DNA from: Eledone cirrhosa
Lineage: Eukaryota
Direction of reading: 5' to 3'
Assembly: GCA_964016885.1 (NCBI GenBank)
Contig: OZ024741.1
Coordinates: 70,370,001 to 70,434,000, forward strand
Length of the DNA stretch: 64,000 nucleotides
A program made the position numbers and the translations under genes. This document shows, piece after piece, positions 1 to 14,479 of this stretch. The notes below the pieces were generated by a model that was not told the origin of the DNA, made no database searches, and was given only the letters and a program-made list of their open reading frames with translations. Positions within the stretch are counted from its first letter, which is position 1. The number at the start of each line of letters is the position of its first letter.

Positions 1-650
1 AAACGAACTAAGGAAAAAATTAGAGATAAGAGGGATCAGATGTTGTTTACTCGAGAGAAGGCTACGTTGGTATGGACACGTGATGCGCATGAAAGTCGAT
101 AGCTGTATAACAAAGTGCAGGGCAATAAAGATAGACGGTAGCCACGGAATAGGCAGACCTAGAAAAACCTGGGACGAGCTGATAAACTCCGACCTCACAC
201 ACTTACACCTCTCCAAGACAATGTCACTGGACCGAGACCTTTGGCGGTACTCAGTAACAGAGAAGACCCGCCTTGCCAGTAGGCATCTCTAACAAAATAC
301 ACCCCGTCCCACCACCACCACCCCCACCCCATCCACACCACCCCGTCCTATGTAAAGTTATGTTGGTGCCGCGCCATCCGGGCCGAAACAAATGAGATCG
401 TGTAGGTGTCACGACAAAAAACACACAGTCCACGCTGTAATGTGGCCGTGTAGGCAAAACGGTAAAAACCTCCCAGACCCACACTGTAAATGTGGTTGGT
501 GTTAGGAAGGGCATCCAACTGTAGAAAACCTGCCAGACAGTCCTATGCGAGCAAGACAATCACTCTTGCCTCAAGTGGGACTACCCCCGTCCAAACCCAT
601 GCAAGCGTGGAACACGGACGTTAAACGTTGATGATGATGATGATGATGAT
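1..650 (+). mobile_element. RTE-clade LINE 3' fragment with 3' UTR and (GAT)n tail
   Basis: Translates to RRLRWYGHVMRM...GRPRKTW (RTE ORF2 C-terminus); ends ...ggacgttaaacgttgatgatgat; homologous copy at 14477-15018. Confidence 0.85.
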
Positions 651-689
651 ATATATATATATATATATTATATATATAAAAGGGTAGAG

Positions 690-990
690 ACCCACATTGG
701 TCATGAATGAACAAGGGATTTGTACCTAGAAAGTATCCCTCTGAGGCACAAGTCCAAGCAAGGTGTTTTCGTAGAAAACCAGCAGTTGCCCAAGCATACC
801 AGTTTTCTTTCTCCATGTCACCAATGTTGTCCAAGGGAAAGGTAAAGGCTGATACAACATGGCACACATGACGTCACAACTTATTTCTACAGCTGAGTGA
901 ACTAGAGTAACATAAAGTGAAGTGTCTTGCTCAACGACACAATGCACAATTGTGAAACCAATACAAACCACTAAGCCACATACCTTCACA
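690..990 (-). mobile_element. tRNA-derived SINE with CORE-like segment
   Basis: Reverse strand reads gtggcttagtggtt...tgtgtcgttgagcaagacactt...ctcagctgtagaaat; related segments at ~12420-12540, ~3490-3630, ~44315-44470. Confidence 0.6.
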
Positions 991-1776
991 TATATATCAT
1001 CATCATCATTTAACGTCTGTTCTCTCTGCTAGCAAGGGTTGAACAGGTTATCACAGACCAAGTCAGAGCAACTGATCACTTAGCTGGGCTAGAGGCCCAC
1101 ATCTCGCTTACATACCTTCCCACATACTCTCTCTACAAAGTGTCTTCAAGTGCATTTTTTTGGAACCAGCATTAGGGAGGTTGTCATGTCTCTAACACAA
1201 CTGATAAGTCCCTCCAACCTTTTGTTTGGCAAGTAATATTTGTTTGATAGTAATATAACTAAGTTTCTCATTAGTTGGTGTTTGGAATATAACTTAACAA
1301 AGGTTCTTACATAAAATTATGATGGAAGATTTTAGATAAATATAATATAGAACCAGAGTCAGTTTCAGGAATATTAGTATAAAAAGGTTATCAATTAGAA
1401 AGCATATATCATAGAACCAGAGGTGTGGTTTTATGTACAGGGCCAGCACTTGGGTATTTAGTACTCTAGGCTAACCCTACAATATGTGTCCCCTTCACCC
1501 AGTTATGTACAGCAGTCTGCCAAATAATTTTAACTTACAGTTTAGCAAGTTGACAAACCTAATTTTTTACACTTCTTGCTCTTTCACACAAAGAATATTA
1601 CTAAGCCTGCATTTTATACCACTCAGTCCACAATCACTCACATAAAATTATGTTGCAGGTCATAACACCATACTAACCTCTCCATCACTTTGCATATTTC
1701 CACAATGCTGTTCCGTGACAAAGAGGTTTAGTGAATCATTTATCGATCATAGAAAATTATTATACATTTAATTTAA

Positions 1777-1996
1777 CCCGTTAGCAATTAAATCGGTCGT
1801 ATTCAGCCAGAATTCTCTCACCTCTTTCTGTTCAAACCAGCCATAACTGGCTGCTCATACTGACGTTAAGGTATTGTTCTCAAAATAAATAACATCAAAA
1901 TCTCATAGATTCGATATTATGTGAGATAATTATGTAAGTAAAGCTTTTACCACAAAAATACAATAGTCTATATAGAGTAATGTAAAAGCTAAAGGG
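1777..1996. mobile_element. piggyBac-type MITE
   Basis: TTAA|CCCGTTAGC ... GCTAAAGGG|TTAA: TTAA on both sides and 8/9 terminal inverted repeat. Confidence 0.65.
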
Positions 1997-2539
1997 TTAA
2001 ATATACAAATTTGTATAAAATTGAAGCATTAAGGTTCATTAATGTACATTTCTGAGGTCTGCACTCTATGTGGCTGCCTAGCTGGTGTAATGGTAGTGCC
2101 AGCCTTGCTTATGTAATTTGTTATAAAAAAAAAAACAGCTGTGGTTGAGTGGTTAACAATATGCAGACCAATTATTCCAATAAAAACCATTACATACATG
2201 CTTGCATGACTGAATAAAAAATATTAATCGAAGAAAACTGATGTCATTCTGTTGATATTTTAAAAACATTTAACCATGTTCTCAAAAATTCTGATTAAGG
2301 TTTTACAGATTCTTTCACTTTTTTCAGTCCATCTAGTAAAATAATGTACAATCTCAAAACAGTATCAAAGAAGATATAAAAATGTGAAGTCATTTAAAAT
2401 AATAGTAAATTTTGCAAAGTTTTTTTATGTATCTTTTCTTTAAACTATGATTATTATCAATGGAGAAAATAAAAATTATTTTCAAATGAGAGGGCAGGGA
2501 AAAAGTTCTATAGATATAATAATTATATGATAAGTGTTG

Positions 2540-2685
2540 TCAAGGCTCTGTCGTACCTTCAGAGGAAGGATTAGCCACTGAGGGGTCTGAGATTGAGCCG
2601 GTATCAGTCTTTAGTTTTTTCTTAGCTCGAGTGTCAGCTAAAACCTGTTCAATAGTTCTTGAATCTCGTTTGTTTTCACTTGGCA
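2540..2685 (-). CDS. SPAG7: SPAG7 terminal coding exon 7 ([26 protein letters not shown]...EP*)
   Basis: Acceptor tcttttttccgacag; 146 nt ending at TGA 2542-2540. Confidence 0.95.
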
Positions 2686-3085
2686 CTGTCGGAAAAAAGA
2701 AAGACATAAATTAAAAATAATAGAATTAATGAAATCATCATCAGCACCTCTACCATTATCATCCTCATCACCACATCCAACATCATCAACCATAATCTTC
2801 CTCATCCCCACCATCCTCATCCTCATCACTGCTACCATTATTATCATCAACATCATTTCAACCATTATTTTTGGCATCTCTGCCACTATCACCTGAAGTA
2901 CAATGGTGGAAAGGAAAATAAATATTTTTAAAAATGTATTTCTGCTCAGATTTGTTATATGTCAAGGGACTTAACCTAAACAAGAATTTGGACTTTATTT
3001 TTAATCCTTTTGTTACCAAATGTTTAATGAAGTACACTGCCTATGATTTTCTATTAATTTTGAAAGATTTTGTAATATAGTACAA

Positions 3086-3118
<33 letters not shown>

Positions 3119-6100
3119 CTCTTCTACTCTTTAACCAGTTCTAGCCAATGATTTTTAAAAATTAATTTTGAAAACAAACAAGAATTTTGAGGAAACTAGT
3201 AATGCTCTACAGGTAAATAGTTGGCATTTTATGTCAATGTTGCACAGATTAGAAAAGCCCGGAGCTTATCCTGGCTTCATGGGCATTAAGCAGCTTAGAG
3301 CAGAAGGCTCTTCCCTAGATAGAGTCCATTGTAGAGCTCCCCTTCCATTAATCATTTTCAGCTGAATAATGGTCTACTCTGGCAAATAGTTACCATTCTT
3401 AGTCAATTTTTCCAAGTTTGCATACAGCTTGGACTTTATTCTGGTTTCATGTGATACCAGTTCATTGCAGAGATAACCCAACTAGCTGCTGCTGGTACTC
3501 ATTTTCAGCTGAGTGAACTGGAACATGAAATGCTATGCTCAAGGATATAGTGCATCACCTTGACTGGGAATCAAATACACAACCTCACGATCATAAGCCC
3601 AACACGCTAATCACTAAGTTATGTACCTTCACTTTGGCAAATAGTAAGTACAAAAAATCAAACTCACTAAGAGAAATAAACAATTTTACTGTGATTAGAA
3701 AAGCTTATAGTTTATGAACACATCTTCAGACAAACAAATAAATATCCTCAAGAACCATAGTTGTTATTCAAGATATTAAAGAACTTACCAAAACCATAAG
3801 ATTTGTTAGCAGTAGTCTGCTTGGCAGCATCTTTTGCAGCTTCTTCTCCAATCAGATGCTTATATTTGTCTTTATAGTTGTGCGTTGGATTAGAAACAGC
3901 TTTAGATTTGGCAGATTCATTTTCTAACTGTGACTCGGCTTCCTGAAATGTTAATAAGTTTATTATTATTGATTCTATAACAATTCATATACAGAATACA
4001 ACACATGCCAGGATTTCCCATCATCTCCATCAATGGAAAATGAAAGACAACCCAGCATGTAACTATGGGGACCCTGACCAGACAGTGCTGCATGTTCGGG
4101 ATAGCCCCCTCAGACATTTTCTCGATGGCCTGGAGCCACCATATTACTACAAATGATGCCTTCGTCTTGCTCACTAATCTTGATCTGTCTCTCTAACTAT
4201 TGTGCATATGTCATACGATAAGAAGAGTTTGTCTACAGAATGCAATCCAACAACAATTCATCTACAGAATACACTTCATCTATACATACAATTCATTGGC
4301 AGAATACTATTCAGCTACAGAACAAAATTCATCTACAACAATAACAAAATACAATTCACCTACTACAGTTCATATACAACACACAATTCTTCTACAAAAT
4401 AAAGTAACAAATAAGAGCAGTGCATTGAGTTCAAATCCCACTGTAGCCCTATTTGGGTGGTTAACATAATTCATCACTTGGTTTAACAGCACCATTTGAC
4501 TGTTGGCTGCTATTAACAGAACCCACTCTGTTGCAAACATTTGAGCCAGATCACAGTCTTGAGGACACCACCTCCTACACTTTTGTTCCCTTTCACTTTC
4601 TTGGAGGCCCTCCCAAGGATCATATGCACTGCTCTTCCCTTCCTGACTAAACAGTAAAAAAAGAAAAATAATTTTCTTACAAAAGATGAAATGTTAACTC
4701 TTTTGATACTAACCTGCCTGAAACTATCACTATTTCTAGAAAAAAATTTGTTCTTCTCACTTCACCATAAAAAATGTAGGAATTAAAAGTTCGAATTTGT
4801 GAAAGTATGTGGGTATATGTGATGTCTGAGTGAGAATCCTCCACCTCCAACTAATTTACCTTCCACCTCTTGATCCCGGCCCTCAGGATAGAGAATACAT
4901 TGCCCTGGAGGACGGCGAGAGAGACATGGTGGAACAGGCTCACATCTGTGGGCAGCCAACTCCTCTCAAATGACAGTGAGCAGGGATGTGGTCCAGGGCC
5001 CAAGAATGTCAGAGGTCTCCACTGCTACAGGCTCTACCACATTTATAAGGTCTTTCTAATTATCTAAAAGCCTTCCATTATAATTTAATGTAGGAACTAT
5101 CATTAATCCTTTCAATACCATATTTCTTCATATTCTTCTTCACCCACTTAATTCTGAGAGGGTCTTGAGGGCAGAGTCCTCAAACACTCCTTCCAGCAGG
5201 TCCTGTCAGAAGCAACCGTTTCCAAACTCATCCAGCTGAATACCCAAGTGAGACCAACTGAGCTTATGGATGTTATCCAACCATCTTGCTTGGGGGTTTA
5301 CCCTGGGTCTCCTGCCAGTTGGTTTTGCTCGTCAAATCTGTTCAGTGATTCTTTCCTGAGACATTCTAACAACATTCCCTAATTTCTTATGAAATAATTT
5401 GTACTTTAATTAATTCATGAAAAATTTAGGAAGGATTTACTAAAATTATAATTTTATTAGAATGGTATTTGTAACATAACAAAATGTTCTCATTTGAAAT
5501 TATGTTGGAAGGTTTTAATTTAAGTAGGAACCCTTTAAACCAGAACCAGTTTTGAGTAGGCCGGTATCAAAAGAGTTAAGCTATGTTACAAACACCAACT
5601 TATTAATGATTTAGTTAGTCATATTACTAAATCACTCCAAATTCTCGATTATTTTCAAATTTATTTGGAAATAATTGGCTGTGATATTTGTTAGAAATCC
5701 AATAATGAAAGGGTTAAATGAATAAGGCTGACCTTTTGTTTAGCAATCTGTTTAGCTTTCTCAGGATCCCATTCTTCACCTCTTCGGTAAGCTAGAACCT
5801 CTTCATCAGATGGTGTAAACTCCTACATTTCAGATTTTAAAAAAAATTAAAATAATAATAATAATAATAAAAATGGCAAAGAATAAGAACAAAGAATAAG
5901 AACAATACCTAAGTACTAAAACTAGCTACCACACTATTACATGGAGGCAACCAAAATATAAGAGAGAGAGACTTTGGTAATATTACATACTGCAATATAT
6001 TATATCAATATTTAAGTCTTAATACTATAATGATTTAGTAGAACATGTCTAAAAATGGGGTCTCTTAATTCAAATGTTCATATCTTTATTGGTGGACAGG

Positions 6101-9100
6101 CAAAAATTTGTAATATTAGAGTAAAGACTTTAATTTTTAATGTGATGTAGTCATAGTGCTGTTTTGTACTTTTCAAGAATGTTTGGCTAATGCAGTTTTA
6201 TGTGGTACAGGATGTAAAGAGTTCACAAAACAATAAAGTATTATAAATTTCTAAACCTTAAAATGACTGAATTTGATTAATTTTTCAGGTAATAAATACT
6301 AAGGCCTTCCATGGGGAAGAATGCACCACCCAATACAGGTTAGTTATTAGTAAAATCAAAATAAACACAAGACAGAACAAGATACACAAGAAAATATGAA
6401 GATGGAAAGTTTGGAAGCTAAAGGACATTTCGGTTAAATATAGGTTTAGAAAGACCCTATGGGATTCATTTGATAAGAGGGGTGACAAGCTAGGTACATA
6501 TAACAGAGGACATCTGGAAATTCTTACGTGACAACCCTTTACGAACTACCAACAAGATGTGTGGCTGGAGTAAATCACCAGCCACACAGAGGGTGACCTG
6601 GTGGTGGAACAGCACAGTGGATAGAGCCATTAAAGCCAAGAGACAGGCGTGGAAAGACTGGAAAAATGGGGGTAGCAGAGACCAGTACCAGGTAGCTTAG
6701 AAATAAGCTAGATGACAGGTATACACAGCTGGAGAGGGGCTGAAAAAAGAAAGTTTACAAACATCTTGAGATGTGAGGATCAGCGACACAAAGTTTTCTG
6801 TATTGTCAGTATAAATTGAGATGTTGGGGAAAAGTTTGTTAGAAATTACACTGCTCAAAAGAAAGAGGCCTGGAAATGTTACTATGAGGGACTGATGAAT
6901 GGGAGGAAGAGAAACTACCTCCAACTTACCCTGCAGAAGGACCAGCTATTGAAGTTGACAGTTATAGGGTCAAAGAAGCAATAAAAGAAATGAAGAATGG
7001 TTAAGCTTCAGGGCAATCAGAGATAGATGCTGAGATGGTAAAAGCATCAGGAGAGGTATTGAGATGAACTAATAACATGCTTAGTCAATCAGGTAATACA
7101 GGATGGAGTCATACAAAATGACTGGTGCAGCAGTACAATCATAAATTGCTACAAGGGCAAAGGTGATGCTCTAGAAAGAAACAACTACAGAGGAATAAAA
7201 CTAATGGACTAAGTTATGAAAGTGACAGAAAAAGTTCTAGCACAGCTAGTTAGAGAAAGGGTCAAATAAGATGAGATGCAGTTTAGTTTCATACCTGGAA
7301 ATGTACTACAGATGCCCCCTTTTTAGTGAGGCAACTACGAGAGAAGTTCCTAGCCAAGAATAAACTGCTATGTTTAGCTTTTGTTAATCTAGAAAAGGCT
7401 ATTGATGGTGTACCTTGATCTATTATCTGGTGGTCCTTAAGGAAATTAGGTGTAGAAGAAAGGCTTCTGAGAGCAGTGCAAACCATGTACAGAGGAGCTG
7501 TCAGTAAAGTGAGAGTAAGAAGTGAGTTTAGTGAGGAATTCAAGGTACAGGTAGGAGTTCATCAAGGTTCAGTTCTTAGCCCATTGCTGTTCATCATGGT
7601 TCTCCAAGCCATAACAGAGGAGTATAAAACTGGTTGCTCATAGGAACTTTTCTATGCAGATGATTTTATCCTTATAGCTGAATCCATAAAAAAAAGTAGA
7701 AAATAAGGTCCAACAATGGAAACAAGAATTTTGAATCAAAAGGTCTGAGAGTAAACTTAGCAAAAACTAAAGAGTTAGTGAGTAGGAAAGCAGATAGAAT
7801 CATGATTTCTTCAGGGAAGTGGCCCTGCTCAATGTGTAGAACAGGAGTAGGCATAAACACCATATGGTATGCACAATGTAAATCTTGGTTACACAAGAGA
7901 TGTAGTGGGATAAAAGGTAGACTAACAGGAAAGGAAGACTTTGTACACAGAAGGTGTACAAGATAAATCAAGGGGAAGAGCACCAGTGACATAAACCTTT
8001 TCATGTCACAGGAAGGGTCTCTAGAAGTGGTTGATAGCTTCTGCTATCTAAGTGACTTAATTAGCTGTGGAGGAGGGTGCTCTGAAAGCATAATAGCTAG
8101 AATAAGGATGGGGTGGAAAAAGTTTAGAGAGCTACTCCCACTGTTGACTATGAAAGGTTTCTCCCTACATACAAAGGACAACTGTATGATACCTGTGTGT
8201 GAAGTGCAACGCTGCATGGTAATGAAACATTGGCTGTGACTGCAAAAGACATGCATAGACTGGAGAGAAATGAAGCAATCATACTTTGTTGGATGTGCAA
8301 TGTAAGTGTGAGAGAAAGATCGAGATTGGATGAGCTGAGGAAGAAGCTGGATTTAAGAGGAATCCGAGGTGGAGTGCAGGAGAGAAGACTGCATTGGTAC
8401 AGACATGTGATGCACAGGGATGATGATCGATGGTTGAAGAAGTGCCAGGAAATCCCAATGGAAGGAAGCCGCAGTAGGGGTAGACCAAGAAAGACCTAGG
8501 CAGAGGTGGTGAGAGCCTACCTCAAATCACTAAGACTCAGAGATGAGATGATGAAGGAATGCGGCGAGTGGAGAGATGCTGTGCTGAGAAGGACCTGTCC
8601 AACCCATGCAAGCATGGAAAAATGAACATAAAAGCAATAATGATGATGATGATGATGATGATGAGACAGAAACTTATCCTGTGATCCAATCCAGTTTAGA
8701 ATAGCTACACCGTATCCCTGTGTGTCGTAAGAAGCAACTAAAAGGGTTGTTATCAGGAAGGGCACCCAGCTGTATGACATTGCTTCAAAGTGTCCCATTC
8801 AATTCATGCCATAATGAAACAGTTGATATAAAAATGTTGATGATGATTATTATTCTTCGGTTTAATCTGGAGAAAATGACAGCACCTATAGCCTTCATAG
8901 GATCTCTGAAGGGTCAGAACCCACAGGTGAGTGATATAGAAGAGTTGATCTCCAGTAGGTGTCACTTTACAAAAGCCATACTAATCCACTAGTACAAAGT
9001 ACTGTGACATTAAAAATGAGAGACTGGAGGCTACAATGTTGGTGACTGAACATAGACACTATTGGGTTTGAAAGGACTCTTCAGTCTGGCTGAGCATGTG

Positions 9101-12100
9101 ATAATTACACAGTACACCCTGTAAAGTGTTAGTGCTGGTGCCATAATAATATGCACACAGTACACTCTGTAAAGTATTAGCACTGGTGCCACAATAAAAT
9201 GCACCCAGTCCCCTCTGTAAAGTGTTAGCACTGGTACCACAATAAAATACACCCAGTCCTCTCTCTGTAAAGTGTTAGCACCGGTGCCACAATATGCACC
9301 CTGTTCATTCTGTAAAGTGGTTGGTATTAGGAAAGGCATCAAGCCATAGAGACCATGCTAAATATGGAATGTATGAGCAAGATGAGATCACTGTCACAAT
9401 GACAACCCATGCCTGCATGTGATAGTAACTAAAGACAGGGAGAAATTCAAGCTGTCTCCATAATCATTGAGCTGCTGGAAGTTAATGTAATAAGACTAAG
9501 ATAATAGTTGATAATGTCAAAGCATTATTTATTGTTAATTCTTGACATTTGAAAATAATAGGCTCTTATGGGAAGAAAGAACCAAAATTGAAAACTCTGC
9601 CAAGTTCTAAGGATTTATTATAACTAAATATCATCAAATATCAGGCAATTCTTGCAGAATTATTGACATAATGTGTGTGTGTGTCTAAATATATATGCTA
9701 GTGTGAAAATTAGATGTTAAACGATGATGATGATATATTTATATATAGAATGTACACAATGCAGATCTTGGGTTCACAAGAGGTTTAGTGGGATAGCAGG
9801 TAAACTAACAAGAAGGGAAAGCTTAGTATATAGTAGATGTTCAGGGAAAATTAATAGTAGAAGTGTCAGTGATAGGCACATTTTTCAAATGCAGGTAGGA
9901 GCTATAGAAGTGGTTGATAGCTTCCGATATCTAGCAAGAGAGGAGGATGCTCGGAGGCCATAGTATCTAGAATCAGGACAGGATGGGAGAAGTTTAGGAA
10001 GCTGCTTCTTCTGTTGACTATGAACGAAAAGTCGATTATATGATGCCTGTGTGAGATGCACAATGCTGCATGGTAGTGAGACATGGGCAGCAATTGCGGA
10101 GGATATGCGACGATGGATGTGCAATGTCAATGTGTGCGAACGACCAAGCATAGACAAGTTGAGTTGAAACTGTGTATAAGAGGGATAAACTGTAGTGTGC
10201 AGGAGAGATGACTGCATTGGTATGGCCATGTGATGCACATGGATGATGACCGCTGGGTGAAGAAGTGGCAAGAAATCCTGGTGAGAGGAAGACCATGAAA
10301 ACCATGGGCGGAGGTGGTGAGAGCTGACCGCAGATCACTGAAGCTCACAGAGAGGATGAGGGACTGTGACGAATGGAGAGATGCTGAGCTGAAGAGGACC
10401 TGTCCCACCTTTGCCAGCAGGCAAAAGCGGACGCAAAATGATGATGATGATAATATATATAAAATACAGTTCCATTTGAGCAAGGTACAGTGCAGCCAAC
10501 TGGCCAGGCCAGACTTGTCTCATAAGGTGGACGACCTTGTCTAACCCATGTAAGCATGGAAATAGACGTTGGCATTAGGAAGAGCATCCAGTCATAGAAA
10601 TCAAGTCAGAAATAGATTTGTATGAGCAAAACATGTCTCACAATGGGACAACTTATCTAACCCATGAAATCATGGAAAATAGATGCTAAACAGTGATGTT
10701 GATGATATATATATATATATAGAGAAAAGAAAATGTACACTGTATCCCTGAGCATCAAATGAAGCAACTTAAATAGTTGGTTCCAGGAAGGGTATCTGGT
10801 TGTAAAACATTGCAGAATGTATTCCATGATCATGATCATCGTTTTTACTTCCGTTTTACCATGCTTGAATGGGTTGGACAGGTCCTTTTCAGCACATCTC
10901 TTTTATCGCCATGTTCCTTTGTCATCTCCTCTGTGAGTCTCAGCAATTTAAGATCAGCTCTCACCACTTCTGCCCAGGTCTTCCTTTACTGCAGCTTCCT
11001 ACCACTGGGATTTTCTGGCACTTCTTTACCCACCAATAATTATCTACGCGCATCACGTTTGTACCAACGCAGTCTTCTCTGATACACACCACTTCGGATT
11101 CCAAGCTCAGCCTGTCTCCCACATTTACATTGCATCTAAAAAAGCATTGTTGCTTTCCTTTCTCACCAACCTACACACATCCTCTGCAGGCACTGCCCAT
11201 GATTCACTACCATGCAACATCAGGCTTCGCACACAGGTGCCATACAGTGAACCTTTTGCGTATGATTAAGCCTGTCATGGGACTAGCAAAGTTAATCTCT
11301 TCTTTAGTAAGGTAAAATGGCCCTAAAACGCTTGCTGTGTATGCATATATCATAATCATTGTCAACGTTTTGTCTATTTTGCATATGTATATGTGCATGT
11401 GCGTGTAAGAAAATTTAATTTTTTACATTAAACGTTCTCTCTAAGAAGGAAAAGACTATTAAATAATTTTTTCTCTGCATAAATTATAATTGAGATATTG
11501 TAGGTTAATAGAAATTTCTTGGGCTCTAAATAGTTACTTTCAGCTTTCCTTGACAGATATAAATAAATAAGTTACCTTTTTCCATAACATCACATATCTG
11601 TCTTGCTCCTCTTGGCCAAATGAAAATGATGTAAGTCCAGCAACATCAGCTACTTCATGACTGCAATACAAACATGGTAAACATTTTATCTTTCATAGCT
11701 AAAGTATTTTATATCACAATAAATTCAGTGGAAGACTTAACCCTTTCATTAATCTATTTCTAATGAAATACCCAGCCTATGTGTTTCAATTAATTTCAAA
11801 ATAAACAAAAATTTGGAGAAGTTTAATAAAACAACTGTGTTTTTCCCTAGTAAGCTGATATTTAGAACATTACTTAAAAAAAAAAATTCTAAAATAATTA
11901 TGATGAAATGAATGAGCAGTTTTGTATCATAAACCCAAGGCAGTTTTAGGCTGTTTGATATCAAAAAAGTTAATCCATCACTTGATACCTAAGTGAAGCC
12001 TACTCTGTTGCCAGCAGTTGTAGTTAATAAGATTTTATTTGTATTACTAGGTGTGTATATATGTGTTGACAGTGAGCAGACCGAATCCAAAAGTGGAAAA

Positions 12101-14445
12101 GGAGTTGTGTTGTGTTCCTACACTATGGGCCGAAACACTTGCTTGAGGGGCGTTTCTTCTCTGAAACCTAGTGTCTAGCTCTTCTATGAGTTTTTTACCA
12201 CCTCTAGACACAGCATGCATGCATCTATCATCATCATCATCATTTTACGTCCGCTTTTCCCTGCTTGCAAGGGTGGGACAGGAACCGATTCTGGCTTGAT
12301 TTCTACAGCTGGATGCCCTTCCTAACACCAACCTCATTTACAGTGAGTGCTGGGTGCTTTTTTGCTGTGGCACCTACACGACCACTTTGCAGTGGAATGA
12401 TATGGACCCCAGTCCCTATCATCTCATTTCTACAGCTAAGTAAACTGGAGCAATGTGAAATAAAGTGTCTTGCTCAAGGAAACAACACATCACCCGGTCT
12501 GAGAATTGAACTCACAACCTTTTAATTGCAAGGCCAATGCTATCCATATGTAAAGTAGTTCTAATCCTATTAAAACATCGCCCACCAATTTCAGAAACTG
12601 AAAAGAATCATCCCTCCCTGACTAAATAACAAAAGAATAAAAGGAATACAAAGTAAATTCAGAAATAACCAAAAACATGAAGTTCCAATATTCTCATAAT
12701 GATTTTACATCCATTTTTACTATGCTTGACAATGTCATATAATGTCTCATTACCTGTTATGGTCTGTTGTAGTCAGGTACACTAAGCAGCAGGAAAAAAA
12801 TGACCATTTGCTCATGCTTCCTGTATTGTTATTTGCCATTGTTTACAGCTGGATGCCTTTTCTATCACATATTACATTACAGCATGGACTGTGAGTATTT
12901 TATCATGCCACTGACACTAGAGATGTTGCCTGCATCAGAACTAAAGAGTCCCCTTTACTCTACACTGTGTCATTTTTTTTTTTATTGGTGTTAGGAAGGG
13001 CATCCAGCTGTAGAAATCAAGCCAGAATTAGTTCCCGTCCCACTCTTGCAAGCAGAGAAAAAGCGGGCGTAAAATGATATCATATCAACTGCTCTATTAG
13101 ATGGGTTGCTTGCACTGCAGCTTACAGAATCCCCATCTCCTTGATATTTTATTTTGGTGGGGCAAAGGTAAGCTTTTGACAATTGGATAACCTTCCTATA
13201 ATGTGTTTACATTTAAATTAAAACCTCCCAACATAATTTTTATGTAGGAATCTTTATGTTCCAAATGCCAGGTTCATAATAGAAAACAATTATTTCATTA
13301 AAACACTCCAAAGTCTTGATTATTTTCAAAATTAATTGAAACACAAAGGCATTATTTCATTAGAAATATGGTTATAAAGGATAACAGAATTAAGAAAGAA
13401 TACGCACACAATAGCACGAAACACTTTATCCATTGGTTCCCATTTGTATTTCTGTTTATTACTATCTGTTACAAAAGCATGGATTCTTTTTTCAATCTGT
13501 AAAGATAATAAGAAACTGGTTTTAAGACTTCATAAATGTCAATAACAACTGCAAACTGGCCTTGTTTAATATGCAAGAAATAAGGAAGTAAGTAAGCAAG
13601 TAAGTAAGACTCAAATATTAAACCAATCCAGAAACAGTTCGGTATGAGCAAGACACATTCATCTGATCTCACTTGTCTCACAATGGGATAGCTCGTCTAA
13701 CCCATGCTAGTGTGAAAAAATGGACATTTTCAAGATAACCTGAAAATTATAGGCAGCATCTTTCACTAATGATGGTTAATGATGAATAAAAAAAAAAAAC
13801 CAAAAAAAACATAATTGTTCTCATATATATGGGGGCAAACAAAAGACATTTTAGAAATATTTATTAATTGAATAATCACCTGAGCCCGGAATTGTTCTAA
13901 CCTATTCTTCTCATCTTCCTGTTTCTTCTTCAGTAAAGCATTTTGTTCTGTGGAACGGAAACATTAGAAACAGTCATTTGAATCTCATACACATCAAATA
14001 GATCAGCTTGTGTATTATATCATCATAATCATTTAATGTTTTTTTTGCCTGCTAGCAAAGGTTTCATCAAACCAAGTCAGTACTTAGTCAGAACTTCTAC
14101 CTCTCAGGTGATAATACACTCTACAGTGTGCATTCTATTGTGGCATCAGCACAAGAGATTGTTGTGCTCTTGACACAACTGGAGTATCTAACATGGTTTC
14201 TAAGTCTGGGTACTCTTCCTAATACCAATCACTTGTACATATATACATATGAGTGTCAACTGAAAAGTTCATAGGCTCCTATGAAGGAGTAATGCTAGAT
14301 CTGTGAAATCTTGCATGCATTAATTTCAACTCTTCTTCTTAACAACTGCATTGTTTCTTTCCAAGGACTATGTTGAAAAATAAACCTCATTTGGTAATTC
14401 CATGAGAGTATCTTGGTGAGCCTAAGAATTTTTCAGCTGACCTTC

Positions 14446-14479
<34 letters not shown>

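Larger units (their letters stand above)
4698..5713 (-). mobile_element. TTAA-flanked piggyBac-type MITE split by nested insertions
   Basis: TTAA 4694-97 and GGG|TTAA 5711-17; segments 5041-5106 and 5576-5713 rejoin at one TTAA into the family sequence also seen at 1240-1390, 11741-11969 and 54774-55036. Confidence 0.7.

Noticed and set aside
2638-2892. 84-aa Met/Asp-rich ORF
   Set aside because: Degenerate (CAT)n tract in SPAG7 intron 6, overlapping exon 7 in the wrong frame.
9105-9320. Regular ~48-bp repeats (also 44597 and 49000) as a CRISPR-like array
   Set aside because: Units are contiguous with no unique spacers, there are no cas genes and the context is eukaryotic.
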